Positions 18,162 through 27,986 are shown, counted from the whole stretch's first letter. The stretch: 62,502 bases of DNA, filler included, from 3 parts of 3 records of this genome joined end to end with filler, not necessarily neighbours in it; one strand, 5' to 3'. A program made the numbers and translations. Notes: a model not told the origin generated them from the letters alone.

Positions 18162-19682
18162 ATGAAAACGCCACAATCCAAAATTATCCCCTCGCTCATC
18201 ACCGCCACGCTTTTAAGCGTCTTCGCTTCAGCCCTCCACGCCGTGGAAGGTGCCGGCGTCAGTGCCGAAGGTCTCGTGGAGCTTCCACCCGAAATCAAAG
18301 CGTTGCCCATCGAGGAAGCCATCCTCACCTCACCGCCGCACGTGCCCCCTCCAATCACTCGTGATCACGCGGCCCGGGTCGTCGTTCATCTCGAAGTGCG
18401 GGAAGTGGAATCCCGCATGTCCGATGGCGTGACTTACACCTTCTGGACCTTCGGTGGCACCGTTCCCGGCTCCTTCATCCGGATTCGCGAAGGCGATGTG
18501 GTTGAGTTTCACCTCAACAATCACCCCTCCTCCAAGCTGCCGCATAACATCGATTTGCACGCTGTCACCGGTTCGGGTGGTGGCGCCACCTCGTCCTTTA
18601 CGGCTCCGGGCCATAGCTCGCAGTTCACGTTCACCGCCCTGAATCCCGGCCTGTTTGTCTATCACTGTGCCACTGCTCCCGTGCCCATGCACGTCGGCAA
18701 CGGCATGTATGGTCTCATCCTGGTTGAGCCCAAGGAAGGCCTGCCACCCGTCGATCGCGAATACTACGTGATGCAGGGTGATTTCTATACTCAAGGCAAC
18801 TACGGCGAGTCCGGATTGCAGACCTTTGATATGGCCAAATCCATCGATGAACGTCCCACCTACATCGTCTTCAACGGTTCGGTCGGTTCCATGGTCGGCG
18901 ACAACGCCATCAAGGCCAACGTCGGCGAAACCGTGCGTCTCTATCTCGGCGTTGGCGGTCCTAACCTCACGTCCTCATTTCATGTGATCGGCGAGATCTT
19001 TGATACCGTTTATCCGGAAGCGAGTCTCTCCCATCCCACGCAGAATGTGCAAACCACCCTGGTGCCTCCCGGTGGGGCTACGGTGGTCGATTTCAAAGTC
19101 GAAGTGCCGGGCACCTTCATCCTCGTGGATCACGCACTGTCCCGGGCCTTTAATAAAGGCGCCCTCGGGATGCTGAAAGTTGAAGGCGAAGCCGATCGGG
19201 TCATCTATTCCGGCAAGGAAATCGATGCGGTCTATCTCGGCGCTCAAGCCGAAGCCGGCACCGAGGCTCAGAAACGCGAAGTCGAATTGAAGAAGAAAAT
19301 CGCCACGGAAATCAAAAACAATCCCGCCATCGCCAGCCTGACCAAGGAAGTGCAGTTTGAACGCGGCAAGCAGGTCTACATGCAGCTCTGCTTCGCCTGC
19401 CACATGCCCGACGGCAAGGGATTGCCCAAGGTGTTTCCGGGGCTCGCCCAGTCTGACTACCTGCTGGAAGACAAGGATCGGGCGATCCGCGTCGTCACCA
19501 AGGGCCTCACCGGTCCGATCACGGTGAATGGAGAAACCTTCAACAGTGCCATGCCTGCTCAACCGCAACTCTCCGACGAGCAAGTCGCCGATGTCGTTAC
19601 TTACATTCTCAATGAATGGGGCAACGATGGCGGCAGCGTCACCGTCGATGACGTCCGCCGCGTGAAGAGCGAAAGCAACTAG
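18162..19682 (+). CDS. nirK: Copper-containing nitrite reductase with C-terminal cytochrome c fusion
   Basis: Signal peptide from MKTPQSK; Cu ligands PHNIDLHAV, YHCATAPVPMHVGNGM, SFHVIGE, LVDHAL; C-terminal heme motif CFACH with distal MPA. Confidence 0.95.
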   Translation: MKTPQSKIIPSLITATLLSVFASALHAVEGAGVSAEGLVELPPEIKALPIEEAILTSPPHVPPPITRDHAARVVVHLEVREVESRMSDGVTYTFWTFGGTVPGSFIRIREGDVVEFHLNNHPSSKLPHNIDLHAVTGSGGGATSSFTAPGHSSQFTFTALNPGLFVYHCATAPVPMHVGNGMYGLILVEPKEGLPPVDREYYVMQGDFYTQGNYGESGLQTFDMAKSIDERPTYIVFNGSVGSMVGDNAIKANVGETVRLYLGVGGPNLTSSFHVIGEIFDTVYPEASLSHPTQNVQTTLVPPGGATVVDFKVEVPGTFILVDHALSRAFNKGALGMLKVEGEADRVIYSGKEIDAVYLGAQAEAGTEAQKREVELKKKIATEIKNNPAIASLTKEVQFERGKQVYMQLCFACHMPDGKGLPKVFPGLAQSDYLLEDKDRAIRVVTKGLTGPITVNGETFNSAMPAQPQLSDEQVADVVTYILNEWGNDGGSVTVDDVRRVKSESN

Positions 19683-19711
19683 TCGTTACACCGAAAACCA
19701 GAAACTGCCTC

Positions 19712-20527
19712 ATGTCTCTCTCCGTCCAATTTCCCCGTCGCTTGCGGCGCTCGGCCCTCTGCGGAGTGGCTGCGCTGAGCTTGATCGGCAGCGGGATCTT
19801 GCGCGCAGCACCGGAGGGCATGACGGCGGTTCCCGCCGGGGACTATGCTCCCCTTTTTACCGGTCCGGATGACCCCGCCACGCTTCCCGTGGCGGCATTC
19901 TTTATCGAGACTCTGCCTGTTACCAATGGCGAATTTCTCGCCTTCGTGCAGGCCAATCCCAAATGGCGGCGCTCTCAGGTGAGTCCGCTTTTCGCTGATG
20001 AGACCTATCTCGCTCACTGGTCCGGCGAACTTCAACTCGGGCCACGCGCGCCCGCCGATTCTCCCGTGATCAACGTTTCCTGGTTCGCCGCCCGCGCTTA
20101 CGCCCGGTCAATCGGCAAACGCTTGCCGACCACGGCGGAATGGGAACGTGTCGCCGCCGTCGGTTATACGCATCCCGACGGGAAAAACGACCCTGAACTC
20201 AGCGGTGATATCTACCGCTGGTTTGCCCGGCCCACTCCCGATATCCTTCCGCCCGCCACGAACGCTCGTGCCAACCTCCTCGGTGTGCGCGGTCTCTTCG
20301 GCTACGTCTGGGAATGGGTTTCCGATTTTAATACCGCCATGGTCACCGGCGAATCACGCGGTGACAGTAGTCTCGACCGCAATCTGTTTTGCTCCGCCGG
20401 TTCCGTCGGCGCCAAGGATACCAGCGACTATGCCGCCTTTATGCGCATGGCTCTGCGCAGCTCCCTCCGCGCCAGCAACAGCACCAGCTCCCTCGGCTTC
20501 CGCTGTGCCCGCGACCTCAATCCCTAA
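19712..20527 (+). CDS. Formylglycine-generating-enzyme-like protein (NirV-like)
   Basis: PVTNGEF, PVINVSWFAARAY, RLPTTAEWE, VWEWV, LGFRC; directly after nirK. Confidence 0.88.
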   Translation: MSLSVQFPRRLRRSALCGVAALSLIGSGILRAAPEGMTAVPAGDYAPLFTGPDDPATLPVAAFFIETLPVTNGEFLAFVQANPKWRRSQVSPLFADETYLAHWSGELQLGPRAPADSPVINVSWFAARAYARSIGKRLPTTAEWERVAAVGYTHPDGKNDPELSGDIYRWFARPTPDILPPATNARANLLGVRGLFGYVWEWVSDFNTAMVTGESRGDSSLDRNLFCSAGSVGAKDTSDYAAFMRMALRSSLRASNSTSSLGFRCARDLNP

Positions 20528-20553
20528 CCATCATGCATCCCACCACTCAATCT

Positions 20554-20667
20554 TGTCATTGCGAAGGAGTCCCGCCTCGGGGGACGACTGCGGCAATCCA
20601 CGATTACTCTGCATTTCCCACTGTCACCCTGTGGATTTGCCGCGTCGCTCCGATCCTCGCAATGACA
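20554..20667. repeat. RPE/REP-like nested palindromic element
   Basis: Perfect 11-bp terminal IR TGTCATTGCGA...TCGCAATGACA and inner arms GCGGCAATCCAC...GTGGATTTGCCGC. Confidence 0.75.
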
Positions 20668-20681
20668 CCCAAATTTCCGTC

Positions 20682-21293
20682 ATGAAAATAAAACCCCTCC
20701 TCACTTTCACCACGAGCCTCCTGGCTGCTACGATCGCCCTGACCGCGGTCGCTGGTGAAGAGCTCGATGCTTGCTGCCAAGTTGAAGTCGAGAACGCACC
20801 GTTTTCCCGGCACTCGCTTTATCAACTCGAAGCGAGCTACACCGACACCAACGGACGCGAGATCAACCTCGCAGCGTTTCGGGGACGTCCGGTCGTCCTC
20901 ACCATGTTCTTCGCTTCGTGCGGTTACGCCTGCCCGCTCCTCGTCAGTGATGTGACGCAAATCCGCGAGTTACTCCCCGCTGAAATCCGCGATCAGGCCG
21001 CCCTCGTGCTCGTTACCTTCGATCTTGAGCGCGACACTCCCGAAGCGTTGAAAAAATATAAAACCGAGCGCCTTCTCGACGATCAATGGACGCTCCTCCA
21101 CGGCAACGACGATGCCGTGAGCGAACTCGCCGCCCTCCTCGGCGTGAAATACAAATTGGAAAACAACGGGATGTTTTCCCACTCCAACCTGATCACGATT
21201 CTCAACGCCGAAGGTGAAATCGTGCATCAACGAGAAGGGCTCAAGGGAGGACTTGAGGAAACCGCCCGCGCCATCGTCGCCGCCACGAATTAA
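20682..21293 (+). CDS. SCO/SenC-family copper chaperone
   Basis: Start MKIKPLL; FFASCGYACP (CxxxC), D.ERDTPE.L, conserved His in FSHSN. Confidence 0.92.
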   Translation: MKIKPLLTFTTSLLAATIALTAVAGEELDACCQVEVENAPFSRHSLYQLEASYTDTNGREINLAAFRGRPVVLTMFFASCGYACPLLVSDVTQIRELLPAEIRDQAALVLVTFDLERDTPEALKKYKTERLLDDQWTLLHGNDDAVSELAALLGVKYKLENNGMFSHSNLITILNAEGEIVHQREGLKGGLEETARAIVAATN

Positions 21294-21303
21294 TAATAGA
21301 CTA

Positions 21304-21534
21304 ATGCCCTCGCCAAAATCCTTCACTCTCGATGTCCGTCCCCTCATCGCTCAAGGCGAGGATCCCTTCTCCACCATCCGGACAAAAGTAGATAGCCTTG
21401 CCTCTGAAGAATCGCTCGAAGTCATCGCTCCTTTCCTCCCCGCTCCCTTAATCGAACTCCTCAAGGCCGAAGGCTTCACGGTCACGATAGAACATCACTC
21501 CGATTCATCGTGGTCCGCTCATTTTCGACGCTGA
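21304..21534 (+). CDS. DUF2249-like small protein
   Basis: LDVRPLIAQGEDPFSTI...LEVIAPFLPAPLIELL...GF pattern. Confidence 0.7.
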   Translation: MPSPKSFTLDVRPLIAQGEDPFSTIRTKVDSLASEESLEVIAPFLPAPLIELLKAEGFTVTIEHHSDSSWSAHFRR

Positions 21535-21612
21535 CTGTTCAATCCTATACCTTAGGGGATTAGGGCTAGTGAACAGCTTGCGCATAATGGCGCGGTCTTG
21601 TTGCCTTTCGAA

Positions 21613-22320
21613 ATGGCTTCATCAGATCTGAAAATTATCGGTGTCGCGGGCTCCCTACGCAGTTGCCAGTTGTTTTCGGGCCTCACCAGCGAAGACATCA
21701 CCGCCATCGCGGGATTCACCGTCCTGCGCAATCTCGCGCGCGACGAATATCTCTTTCGACAGGGTGATGATTCGACCGGCTTCTACGTCGTGCAACGTGG
21801 CGCAATCAACGTGCATCGCGTCAATCCGGCCGGGAAAGAACAGGTCATCCATGTTTTCCGCGTGGGCGAATCGCTCGCCGAAGCCGCGTTGGCGTCGCCC
21901 ACCGGCTACCCGGCCGATGCCCGTGCCGTTGAAACAAGCACGGTGCTGTTGATTCCCAAGACTCCGTTTCTTGATTTCATCGGCCGCCGACCCGATCTCG
22001 CCCTGCGCATGCTCGGTTCCATGAGCGCGCACCTGCGCGTGCTCGTGGGGATGCTCGACGATCTCACCCTCAAGGATGTCGAATCACGCCTCCTCAATTG
22101 GTTGATCAAGCAGAGCCGCCACGCAGCCGAGGGTGTGATTACCCTCCCCGGCACCAAACGCGTCCTCGCGGCTGAGCTCAGCACCAGTAGTGAAACGCTC
22201 TCCCGCACGCTCGGAAAACTTCGCGACGAAAAACTCATCTCCGTGGCCGCACGCACGATCACCGTCCACGACGCCGAGGCCCTTGCCGCGATGCTCCAAC
22301 GCAATCTCGGCGGACAGTAG
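21613..22320 (+). CDS. Crp/Fnr-family transcription regulator (DNR/NnrR/HcpR-like; no N-terminal Cys cluster)
   Basis: cNMP-binding fold (LFRQGD...GFYVVQRG...GKEQVI), HTH LAAELSTSSETLSRTL; the ExxSR recognition helix fits FNR boxes. Confidence 0.92.
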   Translation: MASSDLKIIGVAGSLRSCQLFSGLTSEDITAIAGFTVLRNLARDEYLFRQGDDSTGFYVVQRGAINVHRVNPAGKEQVIHVFRVGESLAEAALASPTGYPADARAVETSTVLLIPKTPFLDFIGRRPDLALRMLGSMSAHLRVLVGMLDDLTLKDVESRLLNWLIKQSRHAAEGVITLPGTKRVLAAELSTSSETLSRTLGKLRDEKLISVAARTITVHDAEALAAMLQRNLGGQ

Positions 22321-22351
22321 TGGCGGGGCTCTGACCCGCCATACACCTGCA

Positions 22352-22381
22352 TGTCATTGCGAGAAGGCCATAGGCCGACGC
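22352..22381. repeat. Truncated copy of the TGTCATTGCGA palindromic repeat at the contig end
   Basis: TGTCATTGCGAG matches the 20554 element start; the contig breaks inside it. Confidence 0.65.
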
Positions 22382-22481
22382 NNNNNNNNNNNNNNNNNNN
22401 NNNNNNNNNNNNNNNNNNNNNNNNNTTAATTAATTAANNNNNNNNNNNNNNNNNNNNNNNNNNNNNNNNNNNNNNNNNNNN
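22382..22481. other. Artificial contig spacer
   Basis: N-run, TTAATTAATTAA (stops in all frames), N-run. Confidence 0.99.
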
Positions 22482-22566
22482 TCCAGATAAACCTGCGCTA
22501 CTCGTCAGCACTAAAGGGGATGAAAGGCCGGAGCAGCCTATAGTTCAGGAATTAATAACTCTCTCT

Positions 22567-22589
22567 CCCTCTCCCTCGAAGGGAGAGGG
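22567..22589. repeat. CCCTCTCCC-type REP hairpin
   Basis: CCCTCTCCCT-CGA-AGGGAGAGGG, a perfect 10-bp stem. Confidence 0.55.
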
Positions 22590-22639
22590 TGAAACCGCCT
22601 AATGGCAGAATCAGGCTGAGTAGATAAAAATCTAACGAA

Positions 22640-23140
22640 TTAAATACGATCAGATTGACTATCCAAAAGCCTCACCGTTGACTGTGTGGTCAACATTATC
22701 AACAACACCGCCGCCCCGAATACATACAAACCAGGGTGAATCTTGATACTGGCGATGGCGCCCATCTTGACGGTGACAATCAGCATTGCCACCACCATCA
22801 CATCCAGCATTGCCCAGCGCCCATAATCATGCATCAGTCGCAACAGCTTCATTTTTACCGGGTGAGGTTTGTCATCGGGTTGCAGCAACTTGAACAGCAG
22901 GGCAATTTTGGCAAAGGGTATCAACACACTGAAGCAGCCGATGATGATAAACAGAATGAACTGGCCCGCTTTCCAGAGTTCGATGATGCCGGAGATGACG
23001 GAAAATTCGTTACTGATAACCATAAGCTGGGTAATCGTCAGCATGGGCAGAAACAGGCCGGCCAGCAGCAGGCCGCTGCTGATAAGCAGCAGCCAGCGCA
23101 GTAACAAGCGTTTGCGAGGCGTTGTGAGGCTGTCAGGCAC
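22640..23140 (-). CDS. Paraquat-inducible protein A (PqiA)-like membrane protein, single domain
   Basis: SVISGIIELW, FSVLIPFAK, GRWAMLDVMVVA, PGLYVF; GTG start at 23140 inferred. Confidence 0.8.
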   Translation of the reverse strand: MPDSLTTPRKRLLLRWLLLISSGLLLAGLFLPMLTITQLMVISNEFSVISGIIELWKAGQFILFIIIGCFSVLIPFAKIALLFKLLQPDDKPHPVKMKLLRLMHDYGRWAMLDVMVVAMLIVTVKMGAIASIKIHPGLYVFGAAVLLIMLTTQSTVRLLDSQSDRI

Positions 23141-24332
23141 GATCTTTTTTGGCAATATAGCGCGGTTTGTCTTTATTCTTCTTCTTGTTGCTCTTGGCCT
23201 GTGGTGCCAAGCCCTGCATTTTTCGCACCGGTAGGGCCTTGCCGATATGATGCTCAACCCGTTGCAGGTTTTTCTGATCATGAGGTTCGACCAGGTTGAC
23301 CGCATTGCCGGGCTGACCGGCACGGCCAGTGCGGCCGACACGGTGAATATAGATATCACCGCGGAACGGCACATCGTAATTAATCACATGACTGACCTGC
23401 GGCAAATCCAGACCACGTGAAGCGACATCGGTCGCGACCAGAACCTTGATCGTTCCCTGACGGAATTTGCGGGTGCGTTCGCGGCGATCGGCCTGTGAAT
23501 AATCACCATGAATCACCTGCGCCGAAATATTCTGTGACTGCAGATAATCAGCGACTTCCATTGCGCGTTCTTTTTTATTGCAGAAAACCAGCGCGCTCTG
23601 ACATTCAGGCAGTTGGATTGTCGCCTTGAGCAGGGCGAGTTTGTGCTCTCTGTTATCGGCCAGATACACGGTTTGACTGACCTGCTGCGCATACTGATTA
23701 GCCGCATCAATTTCGATGCGGTGGGCTTCCGGCAGTAGCGCTTTGGCAAATAAATCAACACCGGCGCCAGCCAGCGTGGCAGAGAATAATGAGGTCTGGA
23801 ATGCGGTCTGGATAGCGGCCAATACAGTGGCGACATCCGGCCCCTGACCCATGTCGAGCATGCGGTCGGCTTCATCAATAACCACATATTCCACTGCGGA
23901 CAGATCGGCCTGTTCCTGTTCAAGCAGTTGTAGCATGCGACCCGGTGTCGCAATGATAATGTCACAGCCCGCTTGCATGTACGCCACCTGCGCCGCCGGC
24001 GACTGCCCGCCAGTCACCATTGCCACACGGGGTGAAATGGCGCTGGCCATACGTTGAATCACATGCTGGGTCTGGAACGCGAGTTCGCGGGTCGGAGCCA
24101 GAATAAGCGCCCTGGCAATGCGACCATCAGCGGGTTCATCCAGCAGTTTCTGCAATAGCGGCAAGACAAACGCCAGGGTCTTACCGGTACCGGTGGCAGC
24201 ACAGGCCAGCACATCCTCACCTGCCAGCAGGGGCGGAATGGCCTCCTGCTGGACCGGGGTGGGGGTGGTAAAGCCTTCAGCAGCCAACGACTCAAGCAAT
24301 GGCTGGTCAAGCATCAAGTCATCAAAGGTCAT
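23133..24332 (-). CDS. DEAD-box RNA helicase
   Basis: Q motif PTPVQ, GTGKT, PTRELA, TPGR, DEAD, SAT, SRGLD, HRVGRTGRAG. Confidence 0.96.
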   Translation of the reverse strand: MTFDDLMLDQPLLESLAAEGFTTPTPVQQEAIPPLLAGEDVLACAATGTGKTLAFVLPLLQKLLDEPADGRIARALILAPTRELAFQTQHVIQRMASAISPRVAMVTGGQSPAAQVAYMQAGCDIIIATPGRMLQLLEQEQADLSAVEYVVIDEADRMLDMGQGPDVATVLAAIQTAFQTSLFSATLAGAGVDLFAKALLPEAHRIEIDAANQYAQQVSQTVYLADNREHKLALLKATIQLPECQSALVFCNKKERAMEVADYLQSQNISAQVIHGDYSQADRRERTRKFRQGTIKVLVATDVASRGLDLPQVSHVINYDVPFRGDIYIHRVGRTGRAGQPGNAVNLVEPHDQKNLQRVEHHIGKALPVRKMQGLAPQAKSNKKKNKDKPRYIAKKDRA

Positions 24333-25201
24333 TGATGGGAAATCCTGAAAGCCTGCACCTGGTTTTGCATCATCATCGGCACGATGACCAGATTTTTCTC
24401 CGGCATCACGGTGTGATCGGCGCTGCCCTGTTCAAACTCAATCAGGGTCTCACTGCTACCGGTTGGTGTGATCAAAAGCAGACGGCCTTTCATCCAGTCA
24501 GTCACGAGGTAGTTACCTCTGCCATCGGCTTCAACACCATCAAGATTACCCACCGGGCTGCCGTCACCCAGGCTCTGAATGTCCCGGCTTTCCAGATCAA
24601 TCACCTTCAGGTGTCCCGGGACTTCGGTGGCAAAGCCATCGCTCATTTCACCCCAACTGCCCACGACCAGTTTATTGCCTTCGACCAGCAGGCCGTTAGG
24701 TGCTTCCAGTTGTGAGTCATCCATCCATAATGAAAATTCACCATCGGCCAGCCGGTAAATCCGGTTGGTCATCATGTCACTGACATACACACGACCCTGT
24801 TGATCGATGGCGACATCATTAAGAAATTTGGCCTGCTCAGCGGGATAGCGTTCAGTGATGGTTCTGCTGTTCATATCAATCACCACCAGTTCATCGATAT
24901 CCGCTACATAGAGCAGGTCGTCCTTGATGGCGAGCCCTTTGGGCGCATCCAGGCCGTCGATCCAATACAAATCTTCAATCTCACCTTCATCAGAAAGCTG
25001 GCTGATAAAGCCGTTGCCATCAACCGCATCCGGGGCGCCGTTGACGTTGGACACATACAACGCATCACTACCCGGATGGTAAATCACGGATTCCGGAGCC
25101 TGCAGTTCAGTGGTGGTTTTCCAGGCTGGGGTCAGCGTGGTCGAGGCACTGGCAATTGAGGTGCTGAGCACCGTCGCCAGCAGCGTGGATAAAAGTTTCA
25201 T
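24329..25201 (-). CDS. Periplasmic SMP-30/gluconolactonase-like beta-propeller protein
   Basis: Signal peptide; PESV, LYVSN, GLDAPKG, FLNDV, PNGL, LDGVE repeats. Confidence 0.8.
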   Translation of the reverse strand: MKLLSTLLATVLSTSIASASTTLTPAWKTTTELQAPESVIYHPGSDALYVSNVNGAPDAVDGNGFISQLSDEGEIEDLYWIDGLDAPKGLAIKDDLLYVADIDELVVIDMNSRTITERYPAEQAKFLNDVAIDQQGRVYVSDMMTNRIYRLADGEFSLWMDDSQLEAPNGLLVEGNKLVVGSWGEMSDGFATEVPGHLKVIDLESRDIQSLGDGSPVGNLDGVEADGRGNYLVTDWMKGRLLLITPTGSSETLIEFEQGSADHTVMPEKNLVIVPMMMQNQVQAFRISHQ

Positions 25202-25255
25202 TGTTACCTCCCTTATTCAGATAAACGCATAATAACAGGCACCTGTCATCAATGC

Positions 25256-26122
25256 TCAGGCGCTCAATACCATCAGACTGCCGCCGACCATGACCAGGCA
25301 CGCAGCGAGCCGTCTTAACACCTGTTTTTCATTGAAAATGCGGTAGCCCAGGAATACCTGTAAGACCATACTCAGTTGAAACAGTGCCAGTGAATAAGCC
25401 ACCAGTAACTGCGAAAACACCAGCATGGTCATAAACTGCATCAGAAAAATCAGGCAGCCAAGATAGATAAAGGGATAAACCTGGTCGCGTGCCAGGGCCA
25501 TATCGGCCTTGAAGTTGTCATGGACAAACATTAACTGGGCAAGTCCCGCCAGCGGCAGACCCAACAGACACCAGAATACGGTGGTAGGCAGTGCGCCACC
25601 ATCGACCACCGCATTTTTGAGGGGCAGGGTCCCAACCGAAAATAACAGAATCGACAGAAAGCGGAACTGTACGCCTTTTTGCAAAAACAGCTGCCATACG
25701 CCGCCCTGACGCGTTTTGGGCGGAAACAGAAACACACTGCCGGCCACAATCACAAACACCCCGGCAAACCCCTGCAGGCTGGGCACCTCTCCCAGAAACA
25801 GCAGTGCCAGCAGCATGGAGATCACCACCTTGTAAGCATTCAGCGGACCGAATACCGACAGGTCGGTTTTTGATAGTGACATCACCAGAAACAGGGTGCC
25901 GGCCATATCCAGCAGCGCAGCAAAAAAAATATTGACCCAGAAATGCGACGTTAACTGAAATGGGTTAAACGTAAACAGCAGCGGCAGGCAAATGATTGCC
26001 AGCACGACATAGGAAGCGAAAACAATAAAAAACGGGTGCAGCCCCCGATGAGTCAGCTGTTTCTGAAAAACATTGGCAAAGGCCGAGAACAGCAGGCGCC
26101 CCAGCACCACGAGAATTTCCAA
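25256..26122 (-). CDS. DMT/EamA-family transporter
   Basis: About 10 TM helices in two repeats; SLSKTDLSVFGPL, LFLGE, IFNEK. Confidence 0.82.
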   Translation of the reverse strand: MEILVVLGRLLFSAFANVFQKQLTHRGLHPFFIVFASYVVLAIICLPLLFTFNPFQLTSHFWVNIFFAALLDMAGTLFLVMSLSKTDLSVFGPLNAYKVVISMLLALLFLGEVPSLQGFAGVFVIVAGSVFLFPPKTRQGGVWQLFLQKGVQFRFLSILLFSVGTLPLKNAVVDGGALPTTVFWCLLGLPLAGLAQLMFVHDNFKADMALARDQVYPFIYLGCLIFLMQFMTMLVFSQLLVAYSLALFQLSMVLQVFLGYRIFNEKQVLRRLAACLVMVGGSLMVLSA

Positions 26123-26128
26123 CGGTGA

Positions 26129-26638
26129 TTATTCCCCGCTGGAAACGCTGCGATATTGCTGATTAGGACTGACCTGGTAACGGTTAAAAATACGGAATTG
26201 ATTGTCTTTATCAAAGCTGACAACAGTAAAGTTGTCTTTCTTGGTACCCATCTCCATACCGGGTGTACCGACCGGCATTTGTGGTACCGAAAGACCGGTA
26301 ACAGGGGGCTTTTCGACCAGCAATCGTTTGATATCCTGTGCCGGCACATGACCTTCAATCAGGTAACCATTGATCACCGCAGTGTGGCATGAGCGCATCA
26401 CTGTCGGTACGTTTTGCCGCGGTGCGACGGCTTCAAGATTATGAGTGACTTCGTCGACCACGGCAAAGTCGTGTTTTTTCAAGTGCTCAATCCACTTATG
26501 GCAGCACTGGCAATTGGGGCTGCGATAAACGGTGATTTGAGTCGGTTCAGTCAGCGCTTGCTGGACTTTATCCCATTCGCTGTCGGCAGCCAGCGGCAGG
26601 CTGATCAGCATCATAAGCGCAATTAAATATTTCATCAT
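26129..26638 (-). CDS. DUF411 (CopG-like) periplasmic metal-binding protein
   Basis: YRSPNCQCCHKW, SCHTA, IEGHVPA, PQMPVGTPGME. Confidence 0.9.
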   Translation of the reverse strand: MMKYLIALMMLISLPLAADSEWDKVQQALTEPTQITVYRSPNCQCCHKWIEHLKKHDFAVVDEVTHNLEAVAPRQNVPTVMRSCHTAVINGYLIEGHVPAQDIKRLLVEKPPVTGLSVPQMPVGTPGMEMGTKKDNFTVVSFDKDNQFRIFNRYQVSPNQQYRSVSSGE

Positions 26639-26886
26639 AGGTATTCAACCAATATATCTTTATCGTGGCTCTGTGCTTCCACATGTGACAGGGCGGTCAT
26701 CACCGCTTTTTCATTACTGCCGTCAATCTCTTCGGGCAAAGTATGGACGTTGATAGCTGCCTGTTCGAACAGAGATAAATCAGACTGATTTTTCAGGCTG
26801 GGGTTCAGCCATAATTCGGCTTTGTTGCTCAGCACTTCTTCCTGCGCTTGTTTGAGCCCCTCTGCTGTAAAAATAAGAAACAGCAT
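26635..26886 (-). CDS. Hypothetical protein
   Basis: 83-aa ORF translationally coupled on both sides. Confidence 0.7.
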   Translation of the reverse strand: MLFLIFTAEGLKQAQEEVLSNKAELWLNPSLKNQSDLSLFEQAAINVHTLPEEIDGSNEKAVMTALSHVEAQSHDKDILVEYL

Positions 26887-27986
26887 TAATTTTTCTCAAT
26901 CGCGAGATAGGATTTCTCGGAAATCGCTGTCCAGGCATCATCTTTCTCACGGAAAGCCTGATAGGCGTCATAGATACGCTTGAAGGCGGGGTCAGCGGCG
27001 GCTTCCTCGGCCAGTGTTTCGTCAGTCATGGTTTGCAGTTTTGCCAGCACATCATCCGGGAAACGCTGGATCTGAATATCCTCACGGCCCTGCAATTCTT
27101 TCAGTGCCGTCAGGTTTTTTTGTTCCATTTCCGACAGCATCAATACATTCTCAGATTCAGCAGCATGGGTGATGATAGCCTGTAAATCCGGTGTCAGGCT
27201 GTCCCAGGCGCGCTTGTTGACGGTCAGTTCCAGTACAGTGCCCGGTTCATGCCAGCCGGGATAGTAATAGTGTTTGGCAGCACGATACAGCCCCATGCGC
27301 TGATCATGGTAGGGGCCAATCCATTCAGTGGCATCAATCGTATTGCGTTCCAGCGCCGTATAGACTTCGCTGCCTGCCAGTAACACCGGATTACCACCGG
27401 CTTTGGCCAAGACTTTACCGCCAAGCCCGGGGATCCGCATTTTCAGACCTTTAAGATCTTCAACCGAATTGATTTCCTTGTTAAACCAGCCGCCCATCTG
27501 CACGCCGGTATTTCCGAGAGGGAAAGGCACGACGTGGAATGGTTCATAGACTTCACGCCACAACTCCAGACCACCACCATGATAGAGCCAGGCATTCATA
27601 CCCCGCGGTGTCATGCCGAAGGGAACAGTTGAGAAAAACTGTGCTTCCGGGACTTTACCGGCCCAGTAATAGGCGCTGCCATGCCCCATCTCCACGGTGC
27701 CCTGAGACACCGCATCAAAAGTCTGTAATGCCGGGATCAACTCGCCGCCGGCATAGACTTTGATGTTAATACGGCCATTGGACATGGCGTGTACATGTTC
27801 GGCAAAACGCTCTGCACCTTCCTGCAATACCGGGAAACCCGGTGGCCAGGTGGTCACCATTTTCCAGTTATAGGTTTTGTTACTGACAGCGGCACTGGTG
27901 CCGGCTTCGTCTTCGGGGCCACAGGCGCTCAGCATCAGTGCCAGCAGGCCCGGCAGCAAATAACGCAGAAAAGCAGGCTTTAACAT
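26886..27986 (-). CDS. TRAP transporter substrate-binding lipoprotein (DctP/TakP-like)
   Basis: Lipobox LSAC; WKMVTTWP, GNTGVQMGGWF, LKMRIPG, YYYPGWHEP. Confidence 0.93.
   Translation of the reverse strand: MLKPAFLRYLLPGLLALMLSACGPEDEAGTSAAVSNKTYNWKMVTTWPPGFPVLQEGAERFAEHVHAMSNGRINIKVYAGGELIPALQTFDAVSQGTVEMGHGSAYYWAGKVPEAQFFSTVPFGMTPRGMNAWLYHGGGLELWREVYEPFHVVPFPLGNTGVQMGGWFNKEINSVEDLKGLKMRIPGLGGKVLAKAGGNPVLLAGSEVYTALERNTIDATEWIGPYHDQRMGLYRAAKHYYYPGWHEPGTVLELTVNKRAWDSLTPDLQAIITHAAESENVLMLSEMEQKNLTALKELQGREDIQIQRFPDDVLAKLQTMTDETLAEEAAADPAFKRIYDAYQAFREKDDAWTAISEKSYLAIEKN

Noticed and set aside
20148-20681. Long N-terminal extension of the SCO ORF and a small Cys-containing ORF (20389..20685)
   Set aside because: These are read-throughs of the NirV-like gene and the palindromic repeat; the real SCO start with its signal peptide is at 20682.
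22426-22437. TTAATTAATTAA as a biological motif
   Set aside because: It is a synthetic all-frame stop linker within N-runs, repeated at 47685-47696.
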